DNA from: Candidatus Zhuqueibacterota bacterium
GTDB lineage: Bacteria; Zhuqueibacterota; Zhuqueibacteria; Residuimicrobiales; Krinioviventaceae
Length of the DNA stretch: 64,000 bases
Assembly (NCBI GenBank): GCA_016929295.1
Contig: JAFGJB010000153.1
Span: 10,830-74,829, forward strand
Direction of reading: 5' to 3'
Shown: in pieces, positions 9,540-20,883 of the stretch
Position numbering within the stretch: the first letter of the stretch is position 1
Layout: each line of letters begins with the position of its first letter
The notes under the pieces: generated by a model
The model's database searches: none
Told to the model about the DNA's origin: nothing
Seen by the model: the letters and a program-made list of their open reading frames with translations, nothing else
Translations under genes and position numbers: made by a program

Positions 9540-10835
9540 TTACAGGAGCGATTTGTCTTTATATTCAATATAAACCTGTCTTTTCATTTGCTCGAGCCAC
9601 TTTTCCAGCTCTTTTTGTTTTTTATAATTCAGCGCCAACGCCTCAATACGATCATAATCTTTATCAAGATCAATTTCCCGCGCCTGCTCGCGCGAATTCA
9701 ATTTCAGTATATGAAATCCGTATTGCGTTTTGACAGGATCACTGATTCCACCCACCTCGACGCCTTCGAGTGCAAAAATGAATTCTTTGGCCATGCTGCG
9801 CAGTTGCTCGACTTCATAGACGCCCAGATGTCCGCGATCATTTTTGGTGGACTCATCGTCTGAAAACTCCTCAACCAAAGCGACGAAATCAGCGCCGTCT
9901 TGCAACTGTCGATGAATATCTTTGATCCTGGCTGCGGCGGCGATTTCATCCTCTCGCGTGGGTGTGATGCTGATCAGTATATGACGAGTATGAATTTTTT
10001 CGCCTCGTTTGTCTTCCAGTTTGATGATATGGAAGCCGAACTGGCTTTCAACAATGTCTGATAGTTCTCCGGGTTGCAGGCTGAAGGCGGCTTCAGCGTA
10101 TTCTTTCACAAACTCATCGCGCGACATGAAGCCGAGGTCACCGCCGCGTTGGGCAGAACCCGGGTCAGCCGATTGCTTGGCCAATTCGGCAAAGTCCGCG
10201 CCATCCAGCAGCTCTTTGCGAATTTGAATCGCTTTTTCCATGGCTTCCATTCTCGCTTTTTCGCCCGGCTGCGTCTCGACGAGAATATGGCTGATATCAA
10301 CCGTATCATTAATTCTGCCGAGAGAGTCTTTCATCGTATTATAAAATTCTCTCACCTCGCGCCGATTGACCGTCACATTCGCCAATTTCTGTTCTTGCAC
10401 CGCATTGGCGCGCAATTCCTTTTCAATGTCATCCCGATAATTTCGCCGTATTCGCGAGATCGTCATGCCAAATATCTGCTCCAGTTTTTCCTCGCCGCCG
10501 GCCTGTTGTGTGGCCATTTGCATTTGCTGATTGAGATACGTTTCAATCTGCTGTTCATCCGCATTTATGGTGTCTTTATCTGCCTGGATGACGAGCAGTT
10601 CTTTGGTCACGATATTATTCGCGGCGATCTTGCGAAATTCAGCAAATTTGGTCTGATCGCGCGCCGGGTCAACGCCCATCTGCGCCGCCATCATCCAGGC
10701 CATCTGCGTGACTTCCGATTCCAGTACAATCTCGTCATCAACAACCGCGACGATGCGATCGAGCAGTTCCTGCCCGGACAGCATCGTCAGCAGGATGAAA
10801 ATGGTGCTGAAAATGATTTTTCCGATTCGCTTCAT
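9540..10835 (-). CDS. SurA-like periplasmic chaperone / PpiC (parvulin)-type peptidyl-prolyl isomerase
   Basis: Signal anchor, SurA N-domain-like region, and two parvulin motifs (GGDLGFMSRDEF..FGFHIIKLEDKR and DRGHLGVYEVEQL..YGFHILKL). Confidence 0.8.
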   Translation of the reverse strand: MKRIGKIIFSTIFILLTMLSGQELLDRIVAVVDDEIVLESEVTQMAWMMAAQMGVDPARDQTKFAEFRKIAANNIVTKELLVIQADKDTINADEQQIETYLNQQMQMATQQAGGEEKLEQIFGMTISRIRRNYRDDIEKELRANAVQEQKLANVTVNRREVREFYNTMKDSLGRINDTVDISHILVETQPGEKARMEAMEKAIQIRKELLDGADFAELAKQSADPGSAQRGGDLGFMSRDEFVKEYAEAAFSLQPGELSDIVESQFGFHIIKLEDKRGEKIHTRHILISITPTREDEIAAAARIKDIHRQLQDGADFVALVEEFSDDESTKNDRGHLGVYEVEQLRSMAKEFIFALEGVEVGGISDPVKTQYGFHILKLNSREQAREIDLDKDYDRIEALALNYKKQKELEKWLEQMKRQVYIEYKDKSLL

Positions 10836-10838
10836 TTT

Positions 10839-11720
10839 TCATCTTTCCAATTTAAGGGAATCAAGATAATTCCACTTTATGTCAATCTTTGCCTCTTCGT
10901 TCAGCTGGCTCAACAGCTCTTTATAGCTGTCTTCCCGATTTCGTGCCTTGACGCGCCATTCGATGATATCCCGGACTTCTTCAAGTTCCTGCACCTTGCC
11001 TTTTTCGCGAATGTCGCGAACGAGGACCAAATAGTAGCCGAGTGATGTATAGATTGGCGTCGACACTGTGTTGAGAGACAAGCCGGCAAGTCTTCTCGCA
11101 ATTTGCTCCGGCAGCCTGTCGGGCGTGATCCAGCCCATGTTGCCGCTACTCTCTTTGCTGGCGTCTATCGAGCTCTCCTTGGCGAGCGTTGCAAAATCTT
11201 CTCCAGCCGCAATTTTTCCTCGTATTTCATAGGCCTCTGTTGCCGACTTTAAAAGCATAAGCTGAATATTGTAAAAATCCTTGTCGCGGACGAACTCTTC
11301 CGCGTTTTCATTATAGTACAAAAGAATCTCACTCTCGGATACCGACAGGTTGCTGTCAATTTTTTCCTGCAAATAGGCTGCGACAATAAAGTCTTTGTTC
11401 AATTCGTAAATTTTCTTCTGTACGGCTGGATTCTTGTCGAATTGTTCAACAAGAGCCTGCTGGTAAATCAACTCTTTTTCAGACCATCTCTGAACATAAT
11501 TTTGCAGCTGAATTTTAGACAGTTGCAGTCCAGGATTGCTGTTGAGTATGGCTCTTATTTCATCCAGGTGCAAAGTTGCATTGCCAGAAGATGCAACAAC
11601 GGGCGAGTCCTCCATTGCACCATCACGATTGCTGCACGACACAATAGTCAAAATCACTGCAAAAAAGAGAATCCCGTGAACTCGCACCTTACTCATCAGA
11701 CTGCTCTCGCTCCTTTTCAA
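10839..11720 (-). CDS. PpiC (parvulin)-type peptidyl-prolyl isomerase
   Basis: Signal peptide/lipobox-like ILFFAVILTIVSCS. Parvulin domain SGNMGWITPDRLPEQIA...LGYYLVLVRDIREKG. Confidence 0.7.
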   Translation of the reverse strand: MKRSESSLMSKVRVHGILFFAVILTIVSCSNRDGAMEDSPVVASSGNATLHLDEIRAILNSNPGLQLSKIQLQNYVQRWSEKELIYQQALVEQFDKNPAVQKKIYELNKDFIVAAYLQEKIDSNLSVSESEILLYYNENAEEFVRDKDFYNIQLMLLKSATEAYEIRGKIAAGEDFATLAKESSIDASKESSGNMGWITPDRLPEQIARRLAGLSLNTVSTPIYTSLGYYLVLVRDIREKGKVQELEEVRDIIEWRVKARNREDSYKELLSQLNEEAKIDIKWNYLDSLKLER

Positions 11721-13401
11721 TCACGTCTCGATAGACAAAAACAGGATATTTTTTTCTCAGCTCATCCATCCACTCACGGTTCAACTGATCCCGGCGTGCA
11801 ATCCGTTTTTCTCTGCGAATGGCGAGTCTCACTTGGTCGAACGGCTTGGGTGCATCGGCCTGTCGCTCCAGGATCTTTATTATGGAATAACGATTGCCGA
11901 TTTTAATTGGTTCCGATATTTCACCGGCTTTCATTTTAACCGCCGCCCTGCCGATTTCGCCGTGATCTCTTCGGGTGACATAGCCTAACATTCCATCATC
12001 ATTGTTCTCTCTGTTATCGCCAAAATTGCGCACAAGCGTCGTAAAATCTTCCGTCAATGCTTTCTGATGTATTTCACGGGCTCTGGTGGAATCGGACAGC
12101 TGCAGTTCCTGCACCTTGACACGGACATTTTCCTCGTACAGATGCGTATTGGCGTTATAGTGAGCCACCAGTTCCTCATCTGTTATTTCGGCATTTTGAT
12201 CGATCTTGAGGCGTTGTATTCGTTGTATCATGGCGTTCTCTTTTTGCCGCAAAACAGCCTTCCGCACGCGCTCGCAGCGCTGCATTCGAGTTTTATAACC
12301 GTGATGTATCATGATTTTCCGCGGCACATTTCGATTTAAAAATTCAAGAACGGCAGCGGTATCCACCAGGGCCGGGCGTCGCATCGGCGATATCCGCTCA
12401 TAGGTGGTCAACAGCTCCGCAAAAGTATACTCACCACCTCTGAAGGAGGCGAGAGGAATTTGGCGTTCAGATAATGATAAAAACCCGGCAAACTGCCGCG
12501 GATCGCGGCGCAGGTTCACTTTCTCTTCTGTATGATTCTTCTCGGTGGCGTCGATCAGCACCAGTATGGTGTCGATCTTGTCCCGAAATATCTGCCCGTC
12601 ATACTTTTTGAACATCGCATCTCTGTAGGCGAAATAGGCGCTGTCCAATCTTGCGCTATTTTCACGAATCAGTTGTCGCTCGATATTTTCTTTTTCCTTT
12701 TCGAACGGTCCTTGAGCAACCGCGCGAATTTTAGCGACTTTGACCAGATGCAGCCCTTTGTCTGAGACAAAAGCCTTTGATACCTGCCCTTCTCTCAACG
12801 CCGCCACCTGCTGCATAAAGGCCTCGCCCCAGCTATTAACATCCCAGCGGATGAATCCCAGATCGCCATTCTTGCCGGCGCTTTTGGCGTCGCGCGAATA
12901 TTCACGCGCCAGTGCGCCAAAATCTTCGCCACGTAAAGCTCTCGCGCGCAACGAGTTCAGCTGTTGCATCGCCTGAGCAGAATCCTGCGTGAGGGGCATG
13001 AAGATATGACGGACCTGCCACTCTTTGGCATTTTCATAGCGCTGTCGAATCATTTTTTTGCTGATGACTTTGCGGATGACATCCCGTTCGATGGTATTGG
13101 ACAAAACCTCGCGCGTCTCGAAATCATTCATCCGCGACAGCACAACGGAATCCTGTTCAAAGCCGGAATTATAGGCGTCCATCAATTTCAGCTTTTCTTC
13201 CACCAGTCTGTCGACAATTTTTAACACCTCTGACAGAGAGTTCGCCGGCGTGCGTGCAGCCTGGATCTCTTGTTCAAGATCCTGCAGGCTGATGACATAG
13301 TTGCCGACGCGCGCAACAACCGGCCGTCGTTCGCACGTCGGGGAAAACATCGTAAAAATCATAAAAACAGCAAGATATATAAAAATAAGATGTTTTTTCA
13401 T
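11689..13401 (-). CDS. PpiC (parvulin)-type peptidyl-prolyl isomerase, SurA/PpiD-like
   Basis: Signal peptide. Two parvulin-like segments (NGDLGFIRWDVNS..KGLHLVKVAKIR and DDGMLGYVTRRDHGEIG..RYSIIKILERQ). Confidence 0.75.
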   Translation of the reverse strand: MKKHLIFIYLAVFMIFTMFSPTCERRPVVARVGNYVISLQDLEQEIQAARTPANSLSEVLKIVDRLVEEKLKLMDAYNSGFEQDSVVLSRMNDFETREVLSNTIERDVIRKVISKKMIRQRYENAKEWQVRHIFMPLTQDSAQAMQQLNSLRARALRGEDFGALAREYSRDAKSAGKNGDLGFIRWDVNSWGEAFMQQVAALREGQVSKAFVSDKGLHLVKVAKIRAVAQGPFEKEKENIERQLIRENSARLDSAYFAYRDAMFKKYDGQIFRDKIDTILVLIDATEKNHTEEKVNLRRDPRQFAGFLSLSERQIPLASFRGGEYTFAELLTTYERISPMRRPALVDTAAVLEFLNRNVPRKIMIHHGYKTRMQRCERVRKAVLRQKENAMIQRIQRLKIDQNAEITDEELVAHYNANTHLYEENVRVKVQELQLSDSTRAREIHQKALTEDFTTLVRNFGDNRENNDDGMLGYVTRRDHGEIGRAAVKMKAGEISEPIKIGNRYSIIKILERQADAPKPFDQVRLAIRREKRIARRDQLNREWMDELRKKYPVFVYRDVIEKEREQSDE

Positions 13402-13464
13402 CGCACCATCCTCATATGCGGCTATCCTTTTGTTTTATATTAATTTAGAATGAAATTTAATCAA

Positions 13465-16400
13465 TTATAACATACTTTGCAAGAACTTTTTGGCATCTGT
13501 CAGGTTCGTTTCTTTGCGGGACATGGTCATGGCAAAGCCGAGCTTTTCTTCGCCGTGTAAGAGCTCAAAACTGTCCGGAGCCTGTCGGATGATGTCAGCC
13601 AGCCAGGGTCGGAACTTGTCGCCTTGCGGGATCGCTGCGTAATCGAATTCTCCGCTCAGCCGGCCATTGTGAATGGTCACTTTTTTGAGGCGCAGCTGAC
13701 GTGCGGCCATTTTTATCAGAATATAGTCGATGAGATTTTGTGCCTGAGCAGGGATATCGCCAAATCGATCCAGGAGTTCTGTCCTCATGTCGTCGACCTC
13801 GGTCGCCTTGCGCGCCCTCACCAACCGACGATAGATATCAACTCGCTCCGCTGATGAGGTGACGTAATTCTCCGGCAGATAGGCATCCGCGTCGCACTCC
13901 ACTTTGGCCGCAAAAGAATCGTCCACTTGAACATCATCGTTCATATTCAAATCACGGCGAATCTCGGCGATCGTTTCCTGAATGATTTTGGTATACAGTT
14001 CATAGCCGAGGGCATTGATGAAACCTGTCTGCTCCGCGCCAAAGACGTTGCCAGCGCCACGGATTTCCAGGTCGCGCATGGCGATTTTATATCCGGCGCC
14101 CAGCTCCGAATATTCCTGAATCGTCTGCAATCGTTTGATCGCATCGCGCGTCATTTTCCGCATCGACGGGATGAGCAAGTAGGCGTAAGCTTGCTGGTCG
14201 GATCGTCCGACGCGTCCGCGCAGCTGATAGAGCTGCGCCAGGCCGAATTTATCCGCTCGATGAATGATGAGCGTATTGGCATTTGGCATGTCAATGCCGG
14301 ATTCAATGATCATCGTGCAGACCAGGACGTGCACTTTGCCTTCGATGAATTGCAGCATGATCTTTTCCAGTTGATGGCCTTTCATCTGGCCATGGGCCAC
14401 GGCGATGTTGGCTTCGGGAACGATCTCGTTCAATAGAGCGCTCACGCCATGTATGGATTGCACCCGGTTGTGCACAAAAAAGACCTGTCCGCCGCGATCC
14501 ATTTCCCGCAAGATCGCCTCACGGACGAGCTCGCGATCGAATCTGCTCACCTCGGTTTTGATGGCCAGTCGATTATGCGGAGGGGAATTGATGATGGACA
14601 TATCCTTGGCGCCCATGAGAGCGAGGTGCATTGTGCGCGGAATCGGCGTCGCGGAGAGCGTCAGTGTATCGACGGTCTGTTTCAAAAGCTTTATTTTCTC
14701 TTTATGAATGACGCCAAATCGCTGTTCTTCGTCGATGATCAGCAGACCAAGATCATTGAACTGTACGTCCTTAGACAGCAAACGATGTGTGCCGATGATG
14801 ATATCCACCTCGCCGTTCGCGAGTTTTTCGAGTATGTTTTTCTGCTGTCCGGTTGTTTTGAAGCGAGAAATCACTTCAACAAGGACGGGAAACTGCGCCA
14901 GTCGTTGCTGGAAAGTGGCGAAATGCTGTTCGGCTAAAATGGTGGTCGGGACGAGGATGGCCACCTGTCTGCCGTCAGTGACCGCCTTGAATGCGGCGCG
15001 AACGGCGACTTCTGTTTTGCCATAGCCGACATCCCCGCAGATGAGTCGATCCATGGGTTGGGCGGCCTGCATATCTTTTTTAACCTCGGCGATCGCGCTC
15101 AATTGATCGACCGTCTCTTCAAACTGGAAGGACGCTTCCAGCTCTTTCTGCCACACTGTATCCTCCGAAAAAGCATATCCCGGACGCATTTTGCGGGTAG
15201 CATAGAGCTTGATCAGATCCTCGGTGATTTCGCGCATGCGTTTTTTGGTACGTTTTTTCAATCTCTCCCAATTGGGACTGCCGAGCTTGTTCAGCACCGG
15301 CACAGCGCCTTCGGCGGACGAGTATTTTTGCACCTGATCCATTTTTTCAAGCGGCACATAGAGCTTGTCACCGTCCTGATAGAACAGTGTCAAGCATTCG
15401 CGAACCTTGCCATAGGCCTTGATTTTCTCAAGACCGCCGAAAGAACCGACGCCATAGTCATTATGGACGACATAATCGCCTTTTTTGATTGATAATCGCT
15501 CGCGAAAAGAGACTGAGCCCCTTTGCACTGGACTGAGCGCGTGCATTCGTATGCGGCTGTATAATTCACGCGTGGTGAAGACATGGAGATTCTTTGCCGG
15601 CCAGGAGAATCCGTGCGACAGATTCAAAGTGCATATGTGGATAAGTGGTGGAAAACCCTCTTCACGGAACAGCTCGATCATTCTATCTCTCTGACTATCA
15701 GTGTCGCACACAAGACAAACGACTGGCGGCGCTTTGGTGGATAAAAGGTGATCAAAATCCTGGCGAAACAATTTCAAGTTTCCGCCGTAATGGCCGTTTT
15801 CCCGAATGCCAAAATGGATGGCATTCTCATCCTGATCCGCAAAAGGCTTCACCTGGATGACGGGCCGTTTTTGCAAGCGTTCATCCAGTTCATCGGCGCT
15901 GCTGTAATAGTCGCCATAGGCAGGTTCGTCCGGCGCCCCTGCTTCCGCCACACTTTCAAAATGAACCATGGCCTGCCGCTCATGGTCCCGCAGCGCCGCT
16001 TGAATGAGCGCCTTGTTTTCAAGCCACAGGACGAACTCTTCATCCAGATAATCAAAAACAGTACATTTCAAGTCGAGATCGAGGAGGGTGCGCGCCTCGA
16101 CCGGGCCATAAGGGCCGGCGCAGCCGAGAGGCAAAATTCGTAGGGCGGAACATTTTTCGACAGATCGTTGCGTTTCAGCATCGAATGACCGAATGGATTC
16201 GATGGTGTCGCCCCAGAATTCAATGCGAAACGGATTTGGCCGTTCAAAAAGAAAGACGTCCACCAGACCGCCGCGGACGCTCATCTCTCCAGGGATGTCC
16301 ACGCGCTCCTCGCGACTGAATCCCATTTCCACCAGTTGTTTGACAAAGAGATCGAAAGGGGTTGTATCGCCGACCTGCAATGACAGGCTATACAGCTCAA

Positions 16401-16815
16401 CATCAGCGGGATCCGCCACCTTTTCCAGAAGTGCGGGCGCGGCGGTGATGAAAAAGCGGGCTGTCTTGGTCATGAGAGCATCAAGCGCCAAAATTCTGCC
16501 GCCGACCTGGGATCGCAGTGGGCCGAGCTCGTTCCATAATTTTGCCCCCAGCGCCGGATAGTAGACCACTTTTTCGTCATCAACCAGCTCGCGTATATCG
16601 GCAAAAAAGTGTTCTGCCTGCGACTCGCTCTCGCAGACGCAGAAAAATTTTCGTCGCAGACGTTGGTGCAGAGATGAAATCAGAAAGGCAGTGGCTGAAC
16701 CGGCCAAGGTGGCGACCGTCACATTCCGATGCTGTTCAACCCTGTTTTGAACGACATCGAGATTTTTTTCACCAGAAAACGCTGATCTGATTTTATCCAC
16801 AGCTGTCATCAACAC
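13465..16815 (-). CDS. mfd: Transcription-repair coupling factor Mfd
   Basis: 1116 aa. UvrB-homology N-terminus, RNAP-interacting domain, DEAD/DEAH superfamily-2 helicase motifs ([22 protein letters not shown]), and a TRG/translocation C-terminal region. Confidence 0.95.
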   Translation of the reverse strand: MLMTAVDKIRSAFSGEKNLDVVQNRVEQHRNVTVATLAGSATAFLISSLHQRLRRKFFCVCESESQAEHFFADIRELVDDEKVVYYPALGAKLWNELGPLRSQVGGRILALDALMTKTARFFITAAPALLEKVADPADVELYSLSLQVGDTTPFDLFVKQLVEMGFSREERVDIPGEMSVRGGLVDVFLFERPNPFRIEFWGDTIESIRSFDAETQRSVEKCSALRILPLGCAGPYGPVEARTLLDLDLKCTVFDYLDEEFVLWLENKALIQAALRDHERQAMVHFESVAEAGAPDEPAYGDYYSSADELDERLQKRPVIQVKPFADQDENAIHFGIRENGHYGGNLKLFRQDFDHLLSTKAPPVVCLVCDTDSQRDRMIELFREEGFPPLIHICTLNLSHGFSWPAKNLHVFTTRELYSRIRMHALSPVQRGSVSFRERLSIKKGDYVVHNDYGVGSFGGLEKIKAYGKVRECLTLFYQDGDKLYVPLEKMDQVQKYSSAEGAVPVLNKLGSPNWERLKKRTKKRMREITEDLIKLYATRKMRPGYAFSEDTVWQKELEASFQFEETVDQLSAIAEVKKDMQAAQPMDRLICGDVGYGKTEVAVRAAFKAVTDGRQVAILVPTTILAEQHFATFQQRLAQFPVLVEVISRFKTTGQQKNILEKLANGEVDIIIGTHRLLSKDVQFNDLGLLIIDEEQRFGVIHKEKIKLLKQTVDTLTLSATPIPRTMHLALMGAKDMSIINSPPHNRLAIKTEVSRFDRELVREAILREMDRGGQVFFVHNRVQSIHGVSALLNEIVPEANIAVAHGQMKGHQLEKIMLQFIEGKVHVLVCTMIIESGIDMPNANTLIIHRADKFGLAQLYQLRGRVGRSDQQAYAYLLIPSMRKMTRDAIKRLQTIQEYSELGAGYKIAMRDLEIRGAGNVFGAEQTGFINALGYELYTKIIQETIAEIRRDLNMNDDVQVDDSFAAKVECDADAYLPENYVTSSAERVDIYRRLVRARKATEVDDMRTELLDRFGDIPAQAQNLIDYILIKMAARQLRLKKVTIHNGRLSGEFDYAAIPQGDKFRPWLADIIRQAPDSFELLHGEEKLGFAMTMSRKETNLTDAKKFLQSML

Positions 16816-16851
16816 CGTTGTCCTTTTTGAACTGCTACAAACAAGCGCGCC

Positions 16852-17481
16852 TCATCGTCGTGCAAGGATGACAAGTTTTCGATGCGGCTCATGCGGCAAA
16901 AGCTGCTCGACGCGACAGGACACCGACTCTTTTTCCACCAGCTCTTTCAGTTCATCGTCCAGTTCGCCGCCTTTGAAGGCTAGGAGAAGTCCGTCCGTTC
17001 GCAAGTGCGGGCTGCTCCATGTCCACAAGCGGTGCAAACGAGCGACGGCGCGCGCGGTGATAATATCATAGCCGCAGTCACGCGCGAGTGTTTCCAGACG
17101 TCCGCAGACCACCGTCACATTTTTGAGGCCAATTGTTTCGACCGTCTCCCGGAGAAACAGCGCTTTTTTTCGCTGCGAATCGAGGAGTGTCACCGTCAAT
17201 TGCGGGAAATAGAGGGCGAGCGGAACGCCCGGAAAACCGGCGCCGGCGCCGACATCCAGCAGAGCGCCATTTCTGTCTATCAGATGATGCTGCACCACGG
17301 CCAAAGAGTCGGCGATGTGGCGCGAGACAATCTTGTCGCGATCAGATGTGGACACCAGATTCGCCCGGCTGGTCCATTTCTCGAGCAATTCAACATACTG
17401 CACAAATTGCCGCGTTTGCATCTCCGAGAGCGCGTGACGGCGAACGAGCGTCTGCAGAGCGATTTCGTTTGCCTTGATCAT
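16852..17481 (-). CDS. rsmG: 16S rRNA (guanine527-N7)-methyltransferase RsmG (GidB)
   Basis: LLDVGAGAGFPGVPLAL SAM-binding motif; 209 aa; directly downstream of mnmG as in the canonical gid operon. Confidence 0.9.
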   Translation of the reverse strand: MIKANEIALQTLVRRHALSEMQTRQFVQYVELLEKWTSRANLVSTSDRDKIVSRHIADSLAVVQHHLIDRNGALLDVGAGAGFPGVPLALYFPQLTVTLLDSQRKKALFLRETVETIGLKNVTVVCGRLETLARDCGYDIITARAVARLHRLWTWSSPHLRTDGLLLAFKGGELDDELKELVEKESVSCRVEQLLPHEPHRKLVILARR

Positions 17482-17510
17482 CGCAAATGTTTCACGTGGA
17501 ACATCATCTG

Positions 17511-19439
17511 TCAGTTGCGGTTCAATCGGCTCAGGATCATCATCAACACGGCGATATCAGCCGGTGATACGCCGAGGATTCTGGACGCCTGTCCAAGGGT
17601 CAGTGGCCGAAAGCGCATCAACTTTTCCCGTCCCTCTGTTGAAATGGCGGTCACCTCGCGATAATCAAATTCCATCGGGATAGTCAGTTCCTCGAACTCG
17701 ACCATTTTTTTGATCTGCTCGTTCTGTCGCTGCAAGAAGCCTTCATATTTAATATCGATCTCAACCTGTTCGCGGACGCGTCGCCAGAAATGACTGTCAG
17801 TTGCGTTGAACAGCTCATCAGCATAGAGTGGGGCAAAATCGGTCAGGTGCAGCTCCGGTCGTTTGAGCAGGCGTTGCAGTGATTCGCCATTTTCTATTCT
17901 GGCGCTGCCGACTTTTTCCAGGATCTCATTGGCATCCCGGACAGATGGGCGCTCTCTTTTGAGAAAGGCGATGCTCTCGGCAATTCTTTCTTTCATCGCC
18001 AGCATGGTTGAGTGGGTGTTGGAGTCAATGAGTCCGAATCGATATCCATAGCTCATCAATCGCAAATCGGCATTATCCTGGCGCAACAGCAATCGATATT
18101 CCGCCCGCGAGGTGAACATTCGATAGGGCTCCAGCACATCTTTGGTGACCAGGTCATCAATGAGGACGCCGATATAGGCTTCGGAGCGACCGAGGACAAA
18201 CGGTTCCTCGCGGCGCAGCTTGAGGACGGCATTGACGGCGGCAATAAATCCCTGCACAGCGGCCTCCTCGTAACCCGAGGTGCCATTTATCTGTCCGACA
18301 AAGTACAAATTTTCATAGAGCTTTGTCTCCAGCGTCGGACGCAGCTGCGATGGCGGAAAATAGTCATACTCGATCGCATAGCCCAATCGAGTGAGACGCG
18401 CCTTTTCCAGTCCCGGAACCGAGCGCACAGCTTTCACCTGGATATCTTCCGGCAGGCTGGTGGCGAATCCATTCAGGTAATATTCTCTCGTCCCGCGCCC
18501 CTCCGGCTCCAGGAAGAGCTGATGGCTCTCCTTATCCGCAAAGCGGACGACCTTGTCTTCAACCGACGGGCAATAGCGCGGTCCGATGCCTTCGATGATG
18601 CCGGCGTAGAGCGGCGACCGATCCAGTCCCGACCTGAGCAGCTCGTGCGTCCGAGCGGTCGTTCTGGTCAGATAGCAGGGAATCTGTTCGAGCTCAATTT
18701 TTTCATGTTTGTGCGAAAAAGGAACGGGATCGCTATCGCCCGGCTGTATTTCCATCGCCGAAAAATCGATTGTTCGCCCGTCAATACGTGGCGGCGTGCC
18801 CGTTTTCAGGCGGCCGACCTGAAAGCCGCAGGCGGCCAGCTGTTCGCTCAAGCCGCTGGAGGCGATCTCGCCCGATCGTCCGCCGCGCACATTTCTCAGG
18901 CCGACATGTATTTTCCCGTTCAAAAAAGTGCCCGCCGCGAGGATGACAGCGCCGCCCCATATCTGTGTGCCTATTTCGGTCACAATGCCGGCGACGCGTT
19001 TGCCGGCGAAAATGAGCTCCTTGACGTCATGCTGGCGGAGGTAGAGATTCGGTTGATTCTCCAAAATTTGCCGCATGATGTTGGCGTACTGGATTCGATC
19101 ATTTTGTGAGCGCAGAGACCAGACGGCCGGCCCCTTTGAGCGATTGAGAACCTTGAATTGAATGGCGCTGTCATCCGCGACAATCCCCATCTGCCCGCCC
19201 AGCACATCGAGCTCCTTCACCAGATGACCCTTGGCCAGACCACCGATGGCGGGATTGCACGACATCTGCGCGATGGTGAATATGTTGATGGTCACCAGCA
19301 GCGTGCTCGCCCCCATGCGCGCCGCGGCCAAAGCCGCTTCGCACCCGGCATGACCGGCGCCGATGACGATGACATCATATTTATTTTCACAATCCATCAA
19401 TTGCTTTTCACTGTTCCACGTGAAACAATCACTTGCCAA
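17511..19439 (-). CDS. mnmG: tRNA uridine 5-carboxymethylaminomethyl modification enzyme MnmG (GidA)
   Basis: YDVIVIGAGHAGCEAALAAARMG FAD-binding motif; about 630 aa. Likely true start at the internal Met (MDCENKYDVIV), about 19397. Confidence 0.95.
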   Translation of the reverse strand: MASDCFTWNSEKQLMDCENKYDVIVIGAGHAGCEAALAAARMGASTLLVTINIFTIAQMSCNPAIGGLAKGHLVKELDVLGGQMGIVADDSAIQFKVLNRSKGPAVWSLRSQNDRIQYANIMRQILENQPNLYLRQHDVKELIFAGKRVAGIVTEIGTQIWGGAVILAAGTFLNGKIHVGLRNVRGGRSGEIASSGLSEQLAACGFQVGRLKTGTPPRIDGRTIDFSAMEIQPGDSDPVPFSHKHEKIELEQIPCYLTRTTARTHELLRSGLDRSPLYAGIIEGIGPRYCPSVEDKVVRFADKESHQLFLEPEGRGTREYYLNGFATSLPEDIQVKAVRSVPGLEKARLTRLGYAIEYDYFPPSQLRPTLETKLYENLYFVGQINGTSGYEEAAVQGFIAAVNAVLKLRREEPFVLGRSEAYIGVLIDDLVTKDVLEPYRMFTSRAEYRLLLRQDNADLRLMSYGYRFGLIDSNTHSTMLAMKERIAESIAFLKRERPSVRDANEILEKVGSARIENGESLQRLLKRPELHLTDFAPLYADELFNATDSHFWRRVREQVEIDIKYEGFLQRQNEQIKKMVEFEELTIPMEFDYREVTAISTEGREKLMRFRPLTLGQASRILGVSPADIAVLMMILSRLNRN

Positions 19440-20811
19440 TACAGAAAGAGGAGAATATGTCGTTCAAGATCTCCTCGGTCGTCACGTCGCCGGTGATCTC
19501 ACCCAGAGCGTCCAGCGCAGCGCGAACATCGAAGGCGATGAATTCCGCCGACAAACGCTTCTCAATTGAATCTGCGGCCAGCGCCAGAAAGTATCGGCTC
19601 CTTCGTAACGCCTCCAGATGGCGCACTTTGTTGATGTGAACGGTCAATTCCGGCGTTTCTGAACCGACATTCGAATCCACCAGTTTTTTCTTCAATTCGG
19701 CAAATCCGTCACCCGTTTTAGCGGATATACTGCAGACGTGCTTGAATTGTCCCACAAATTTCCTGTCAATGGCATTGGCCGCGAGATCATTCTTGTTCAA
19801 AAGCAAAAGAGTGCTCTCCAGCCTGCCATTGATCAGAGAGAACGTTTTCAGGTCCAGTTCATCGAGCGGCGTACTCTCATCAACGACAAAGAGTATCTGA
19901 TCCGCATTTTTCAAGGTCTCCATGGCGCGCGCAACGCCGCTCGATTCGATGATGTCTTTTGCCACGCCTATTCCGGCGGTATCAGAGATTTTAAATAAAA
20001 ATCCATCGATATCCAACGACTCTTGTATGACATCTCGCGTCGTCCCCGGAATCTCGGAGACGATGGCGCGCTCCTCCTGCAAGAGTCTGTTCAGAATACT
20101 CGACTTGCCGACGTTGGGTTTGCCAATCAATGCGAGGTGCAGCCCTTCCCTGATGATTTTGCCAAAGCGGAAAGAGTCTATCAACTGGTCAACCTGGCGC
20201 TGCAGGGCAGAGACATGATCCGGCAACAGTTCTCTGTCGGCCAATTCAATATCTTCGGAAAAATCAAGCTCTATCTCCAGCAGGGCCAGCTGCTGTTTGA
20301 GCTGCTCGCGCAAGTGATCGAGTCTGTCGGACAAAACACCGGACAACTGGCGACGGGCGCTGTGCAAACTGTGTTGCGTTTGTGCGTCGATGACATCGCC
20401 GACGGACTCTGCCTGCAACAAATCCATCTTGCCGTTGAGAAATGCGCGACGGGTGAATTCTCCGGGCGCTGCCAGACGAGCGCCACAGCTCAACAGCTCG
20501 GCGATAATTTCCTGCACAATGTAGTCGCTGCCATGGCAATTGATCTCGATGAGATCTTCGCCGGTGTAAGAGTGCGGTCTGCTGAACTTTGCCACGAGCA
20601 CATCATCGATCATGCGGCCATTTTGTTCGTTCCGCATCGTGCCGTACGTCAGTGATGCGTGCGGCGCATCTTTTATTGTCCGCGCCGGACTTTTGAATAG
20701 TGCATCGATGATGCGAATGCTCTCCGCACCGCTCAGACGCACAATGGCGATCGCACTCTTGCCTCTTGCAGTGGACAGAGCGCAAATAGTATCACTCTGA
20801 TAGGCGATCAT
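19429..20811 (-). CDS. mnmE: tRNA modification GTPase MnmE (TrmE)
   Basis: G-domain GKPNVGKSSILNRLL, DTAG, NKND; C-terminal C(I)GK motif (..FCIGK). Confidence 0.95.
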   Translation of the reverse strand: MIAYQSDTICALSTARGKSAIAIVRLSGAESIRIIDALFKSPARTIKDAPHASLTYGTMRNEQNGRMIDDVLVAKFSRPHSYTGEDLIEINCHGSDYIVQEIIAELLSCGARLAAPGEFTRRAFLNGKMDLLQAESVGDVIDAQTQHSLHSARRQLSGVLSDRLDHLREQLKQQLALLEIELDFSEDIELADRELLPDHVSALQRQVDQLIDSFRFGKIIREGLHLALIGKPNVGKSSILNRLLQEERAIVSEIPGTTRDVIQESLDIDGFLFKISDTAGIGVAKDIIESSGVARAMETLKNADQILFVVDESTPLDELDLKTFSLINGRLESTLLLLNKNDLAANAIDRKFVGQFKHVCSISAKTGDGFAELKKKLVDSNVGSETPELTVHINKVRHLEALRRSRYFLALAADSIEKRLSAEFIAFDVRAALDALGEITGDVTTEEILNDIFSSFCIGK

Positions 20812-20820
20812 TTTATCCGC

Positions 20821-20860
20821 AAATACAAAACCCCACTATCGCTTGAACAAGAGTGGGGTG
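20821..20860 (-). terminator. Hairpin plus U-run downstream of yidC (intrinsic terminator or attenuator)
   Basis: Minus-strand RNA reads CACCCCACUCUUGUUCAAGCGAUAGUGGGGUUUUGUAUUU: 7-8 bp GC-rich stem followed by U-tract. It lies only about 10 nt upstream of the mnmE start, so read-through is likely. Confidence 0.5.
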
Positions 20861-20883
20861 TCAGCTCCTTTTCTGGTTTTCAG

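Noticed and set aside
10074-11045. 323-aa plus-strand ORF
   Set aside because: Lies entirely antisense within the well-supported SurA-like/parvulin genes. The translation is low-complexity (F/L/R-rich) with no motif. Typical of long antisense ORFs in mid-to-high-GC coding DNA.
18012-19109. 365-aa plus-strand ORF
   Set aside because: Antisense inside mnmG, which has unambiguous FAD-binding and family motifs on the minus strand. R/A/G-rich and featureless.
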